In this document: one piece after another, positions 59,147 to 64,000 of the stretch
Layout: each line of letters begins with the position of its first letter
Numbering within the stretch: position 1 is the first letter of the stretch
Origin: Blepharisma stoltei ATCC 30299
Lineage: Eukaryota > Protista > Ciliophora
NCBI GenBank assembly: GCA_965603825.1
Contig: CBFDEM010000033.1
Span: 124,001 to 188,000, forward strand
Length of the DNA stretch: 64,000 bases
Direction: 5' to 3'
Made by a program: the position numbers and the translations under genes
The notes under the pieces: model-generated
Seen by the model: the letters and a program-made list of their open reading frames with translations, nothing else
Databases searched by the model: none
Told to the model about the DNA's origin: nothing

Positions 59147-61609
59147 TTAATTAATTTTGGATTTCAAAATTTCTATCAAATTAGATAATTGTGGATTTGT
59201 GTAAGGTAAAGACTCTAGAAGTATTAAAGCTTGCTGATAGTCTTTTATTGCTAAAAGACATTTCGCAGCTTGTTCCTGCTTGCAAGTATCAGCCAGTCGT
59301 TTTGCCCACATTCTAAATATTTCGCTTATGTCTTCATTATGTAAAGCTCCAAGTATAACTGCTTCTATAAATAAATTTGAGCTTACATATATTTTTATTG
59401 CTCTTTTTATCATTCTTGCTGCTATAAAATACAGGACTGATTTATGAATTTTTCTTCTTAAAAGCATTTCTTCTCCATTCTTTCTTGATTCTTCTCTTCA
59501 CTGATTTTCCCCTAAAAGTGGTGCTAAATCGCTTCATTCCCTATTTAATTTTATCGGCTCATTCACATCAACCACCTCCTGCCTTTCTGCACTTCTTTGC
59601 CAAAACAAACATTCTATTTGATCTTTATAGTTTTTAGCATCTTGAATCAAATCATATGCATTTTGAGAATTGGTTGAAAATAATTTGCAATGAATTGTGC
59701 CTGAGTCATTTAAAATTTCTAACAAAGATGATAATGCTTCTTCTCTGTTTTGTTGGTATATATAAAAATGTAAGTGAGAAAATAAGGATTTTGTATAGGT
59801 CTCATTTTTTTTGGAAAGCGGCAGTCGTGGTGGGACTTGAGCGGAATAGGCCTTATTTAAAGGCCAAAGCCTAACAGTTTGGTCATCAGATGCTGATATG
59901 ACAGTGTTAGGAATTGTGGGGTGAAAAAAGGAAAATCTAACTGCGCCTTGATGCTCTCTTATGTTTATTAATGGATTTCCGATACTGTCTCATATTTGGA
60001 CTGTATGATCCATTGAGGCTGAAACTAATTTCTCAATTTCATGAGAAGACCAATCTACATGCAGAACTGGCCTTGTATGTTTTTCAATAACCAGTTCGCA
60101 CGTCTCTTGATGGATGCTTATTCTACAATCTTCTGAAGCAGCAGCAATTTTTGAGCCAGAACTTATACAAGTAATCGCTTTATTGTGTGTGGTATCTGCA
60201 TAAACTCTAGTTCCATCAATCAAATAAGCCAAAATATTTCCTTCCTGAGTTCCAATCCATACCATATCTTTGCTAAAACAAATAGCAGTGACGTCAAATC
60301 CCACATGAGCAATACTTTTTAAATTCTGATTTGTTATATCCCAACAAAACAAGCTCTGGTCATCTGAAGCCACAATAATACTTATAGCATCTTGCCACAC
60401 AATTTTTTTGATTTTCAGTAATTCTAATTTATTTGTGATTTTTTCTTCAGGGATAGATAAAATCGAAGCATGCTGGTTTGTGCTAAGAATTGCAATTATA
60501 TCGGAATTAAAAGGGTTGCATAAAATTTGCTGGATTTCTTCTTCACTTTTTCATATAAACCGGCTTTGTATTGTAGATGATAAAGGGATTCATTTTATTA
60601 TGCTTTGTTTGCCACTGCATATGTAGACTTGTCCTGAAGGATCTATTGACATGCTATGAATAGAGCCTTCAAGTGTGGCGAGTACTCATAAAGGCTCAGT
60701 ATAGCCAATTGGAGCGCTTGAAACTCTATAAGAAGGCCCTTCAATTTCAAATTGTTGGATTTTTCAGTTAATTATAAGCCTGTCCATCCCTATCGATACA
60801 ATTCCTTCTTGAATTGGCAGGAATGCCATAATGGCTCGTGTATGGGGGTTATTAATAAAAAGCTGTGTCGTTACTTGAGGAATTATTTTTAAAATAAATA
60901 TTTCGCCTGTCATTAACGAATAAATGCATTTTTCTTTTGAAAATCAAATTATTGATAAAACTAATTGTGCAGCTTTTTTCTTTGCTTTAGGCAAAGAATA
61001 CTCAAAACAAATTTGCATGTTTTTGTAGCCAGTTATTTTTTTATCGTCCATTGCAGCTAGATGCAATTCATTGTCTCATTCTTTTATGTCTATTGATAAT
61101 GCATCTTTTTCTATTTGAAATTCTTTATCAAAATCAAATATTTTTATTTTTCCAGCTGCAGAAATGGCTAAATAATGAGAGTTTGCAGACATACAGCGAA
61201 TATTATTTGAATTTCATTCTTTTATAGCTTCTCCATCCTTTATCTGGATACAATTTCCATTAGAAAAAGCACAGACAATAAAATCATTCCATCATTTCAA
61301 GCCTGATATTTCTGATTTTCCTTGATATTTTCAAGATTCTTGGAATATCCCTAAATCCCATACAGCAATTAATCCATCATTAAATCCACCTGCACAGCTT
61401 GATGAGGATAGGCTGACTCGCTGAGCTTTTCGGGGTTTTCCATTTTGTGTGTTTGATGTCAATATTGTATAAGCTTTTCCTGATGCGATATCTAGGAGGA
61501 CTATTTTGGACGTTGCGCAGTAAGCAATGAAAAATGAATTTACGTCTGAAATGTTTGAGCTGTTGCTAAAAGATCAAATAGGAGAATCTGGAAGAATTTC
61601 AGCTTCCAT
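59147..61609 (-). CDS. Gemin5-like WD40 protein with C-terminal TPR-like module, 820 aa
   Basis: LPDSPI(W) N-terminus (cf. LPPSPNW), H.R...SIGMDR, (W)VLATLEG, multiple WD repeats, W..RL....EQAAKCLL. Confidence 0.78.
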
Positions 61610-61730
61610 TTTAGTATAAATTCAATTTCTTTCTTAATTTGTAAAGATTATTAAATATTTTATTGGAATTTAATTAAAATCCAGAATATAAAGCAGCTTA
61701 ACTAATTAAACCAAGTAATTTTTTTCAAAA

Positions 61731-62720
61731 ATGAGCGATTTTCAAAATCGTTTCACTGAAAGTCAGCTTTCTCGTTTCAGCGACTACAAAACTATCGAAG
61801 AAGCCGAAGACTCAGTCATGCACAGTCGAGAACTTATTAGCAAAAGCCGAGAACTGTCACGAAAAAACAGCATCGCAAAATTCATCAAAGACTCTCAAAG
61901 TTCCCCACTTAAATATTCTAGCAGCATGCGAAATTTCAATGTTCCGAAGCTTGATTTCGACTCTACCCCTCCACAAGCACCATTAGAAAGCCCAAAATTC
62001 AGAGTCCCAGTTGATTTCCAAGATCAAAATAAAGCTCAAGAGCTCAGCCCAGAAAAATTTTCCCAAGAAATGCGGAGCCTATCTCAAGAAATCAAAAAAA
62101 CTGACAGATGTGTCGAAGAATTTGAAGAAAAAATAATGCGGCTTAGATTAGAAAATGAGCAACTTACCAGAGAAAGGGACGAAAAACACCTGGAATCCAA
62201 AAGCTTATATCAAGAATACGAAATTCTTAAAAGCAAATATGATTTTATAGCAAAACAAAAAGAAGTTATAAGCAAACAAGTAGATCTTGCCAATGATTTT
62301 AGGAATGAATTGATACTTAAATCGTCAGGCAGTATGTCATTAAAATCGCTGAGTTCTAAAGAAAAGCAGTTTTCGAGTGAAATTGAAGGTCTTTATGCGA
62401 AATGCAATAAAATTGAAAATGAAAATTCATTGATGAAGAGATCGCTGAAGCTTAATAGTAAAGATTTAAAAAGCACGGGGTATTCGAGTGCAATTGATGA
62501 AATTAAATCACAGCTAAGCCAGACTGCAAAAGTGTGTGCAGTACTGAAGAAAAAACTTAAGAGGATAGTTGTAAGCCCTAAGTCAAGAGAGATTTTGACT
62601 GAAGGCTCGAGTCGGAAGAAACTTAAAAAGAAACAGCCATTACCGTTCACATCTCCAGAAAATAAAAGAAAATGCTTCCATTGCGAAATGTGCTGCCATC
62701 ATGGCAAGAACAAAAAATAA
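61731..62720 (+). CDS. Coiled-coil hypothetical protein with C-terminal Cys/His cluster, 329 aa
   Basis: ATG to TAA ORF ending CFHCEMCCHH. Confidence 0.75.
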   Translation: MSDFQNRFTESQLSRFSDYKTIEEAEDSVMHSRELISKSRELSRKNSIAKFIKDSQSSPLKYSSSMRNFNVPKLDFDSTPPQAPLESPKFRVPVDFQDQNKAQELSPEKFSQEMRSLSQEIKKTDRCVEEFEEKIMRLRLENEQLTRERDEKHLESKSLYQEYEILKSKYDFIAKQKEVISKQVDLANDFRNELILKSSGSMSLKSLSSKEKQFSSEIEGLYAKCNKIENENSLMKRSLKLNSKDLKSTGYSSAIDEIKSQLSQTAKVCAVLKKKLKRIVVSPKSREILTEGSSRKKLKKKQPLPFTSPENKRKCFHCEMCCHHGKNKK

Positions 62721-62834
62721 ATTAAGGTATTATTTCAAGTAAATATAAAGCAACTGGTTTTATAATTATTACATTATAGTTTATTTGTAATAAATTATTA
62801 AGTAATAACACTTCGGATTGTTTGTAATTTGTAA

Positions 62835-63938
62835 ATGTCATCAGCAAAAGATCCTTTTTCTATTCTTAATAATGATCCAGACAGAGGTAAAGTAATACCT
62901 CAGTATAATCCCACCAAAATAGAAAGATACAGACCTGGCAAAGCCCCGACCTGAGGAGAAGAATCAGAAGATAAAGATACTTTAAAAGTCAATGCCATAG
63001 TAAAGCAGACCATAAGCATAGATACTATTGAGTCTCTACCAAAATCTGACCTGAAACCTCAGCCCAGTATCCCTCAAAAATCCTCCCGTCGCCAAGAATT
63101 GAAAATGAAAGCACTCCAAAAGCACAAAAATACAAAAGTTCTTGAAGAATTTCAAGATCCTCTTCCCATTGAAGAAGAATATGAGGAAAATTTAGAGGAA
63201 ATAGAAGCTCCTCGACTTCAGCCTACTTTTGTCCCAAAAGATAAAAGAATAACTATTCAAGAGAAAGAACAGATGGAGATGGATGAGCAAGAAATCCTTG
63301 AAAAACTAAAACAGCTTAGAGAAGAAAGAAAATCGCATACAAAATATCTAGTCGCTGAAGCTTTATTAAGAGAAGAAATGGGCGAAGCTTCTAAAGATGA
63401 AGAACTTAGCGATGAAGATGAAGATGACCCTAATGAATTCGCAATGTGAAAAATAAGAGAAATCAAAAGAATAATGAAGGCAAAAGATGAAAGAGAAACC
63501 CGTGAAAAAGAATTAAAAGAAATCGAAAGAAGAAGAGGGCTAAGTGATTGGGAAAGAATGGAAGAAGACAAAGCTTTAGGAACTGACGAAACAGCAAAAC
63601 CAGAAAAAATGAAAATCGGGTTTATGCAAAAATATTATAACAAAGGTGTATTTTACCAAGAAAGAGATGAGCATGGTAAGCTTCATCCCATATTTATGCG
63701 TGATTACAACACTCCAGTCGAAGGAGATTTTGATAAAAGTGCCCTTCCAAAAATCCTCCAAAAGAGACGAGGAGATTTTGGCAAAAAAGGCCAATCAAAA
63801 TACACACATTTGACTAATGAAGACACCAATGTTTTTGATCCACAATTAATGCCCCAAGAAGAGCTATTTCTTAAGCAGCAAATGAAAGGGGCTGGATTCA
63901 AAAGCATGAATCGATTTGATGTTTCTCGTAAAAGTTAA
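62835..63938 (+). CDS. MFAP1: Spliceosomal B-complex protein MFAP1 (Spp381-like), 367 aa
   Basis: RY.PGKAP.(W), L.P.FVPK..RITI.E, (W)KIREIKRI, FMQKYY.KG.FYQ, DKSALPK, FGKKGQSKYTHL...DT. Confidence 0.95.
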
Positions 63939-64000
63939 TATTTTATAAAATTTAGTATTAAATTCTCATACAATTATGGCTTTATTTTTCAAAGTCGTAA

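Noticed and set aside
8394-63907. Numerous antisense or overlapping track ORFs (e.g. 23389-23973, 34649-35014, 39513-40097, 41686-42162)
   Set aside because: Shadows of real genes on the opposite strand or in another frame.
1-64000. Treating the many TGA-terminated ORF fragments as pseudogenes or selenoproteins
   Set aside because: TGA aligns with TGG in paralogs (e.g. MGKT-TGA at 5262 versus MGKT-TGG in copy 1) and with conserved Trp in NHX, TBC, MFAP1 and the channel; it is a code reassignment.
1-64000. CRISPR arrays, prokaryotic operons or defence systems, rRNA
   Set aside because: No regularly spaced repeats or rRNA-like sequence; the content is eukaryotic with spliceosomal introns.

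Overview
AT-rich, very gene-dense eukaryotic DNA that reads as the somatic (macronuclear) genome of a heterotrich ciliate, most likely Blepharisma. UGA encodes Trp (seen at conserved Trp positions and opposite TGG in paralogs), genes end in TAA/TAG, and introns are 15-17 nt GT..AG with an invariant A at position 10. The supplied ORF track is therefore fragmented; re-reading with UGA=Trp and tiny introns gives about 35 genes. Recognisable genes: RSP3, a CNBD K+ channel, tRNA-His, NHX antiporter, CDPK, METTL21-like, RWD protein, Rpn6, archaeal-type AlaRS, CTL/SLC44, TBC RabGAP, RalGAP-beta-like, COMM protein, TFIIH p44, POT1/TEBP-alpha-like, F-BAR protein, Gemin5-like and MFAP1. Most unusual items: (1) a tandem array of ~1200-aa receptors with two Venus-flytrap domains on a ~9-TM non-class-C membrane domain; one copy carries a TA-bounded ~103-bp deletion resembling cryptic IES excision; (2) an ATP-grasp-like protein fused to a truncated haemoglobin; (3) two patchwork loci built from a 135-aa orphan gene family plus captured fragments of neighbouring genes and a tRNA; (4) an archaeal-type AlaRS with an in-frame upstream mitochondrial-type presequence; (5) a four-intron BCAT-like protein apparently lacking the catalytic-lysine segment. 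All assignments are from manual reading and motif recognition; no searches were run.
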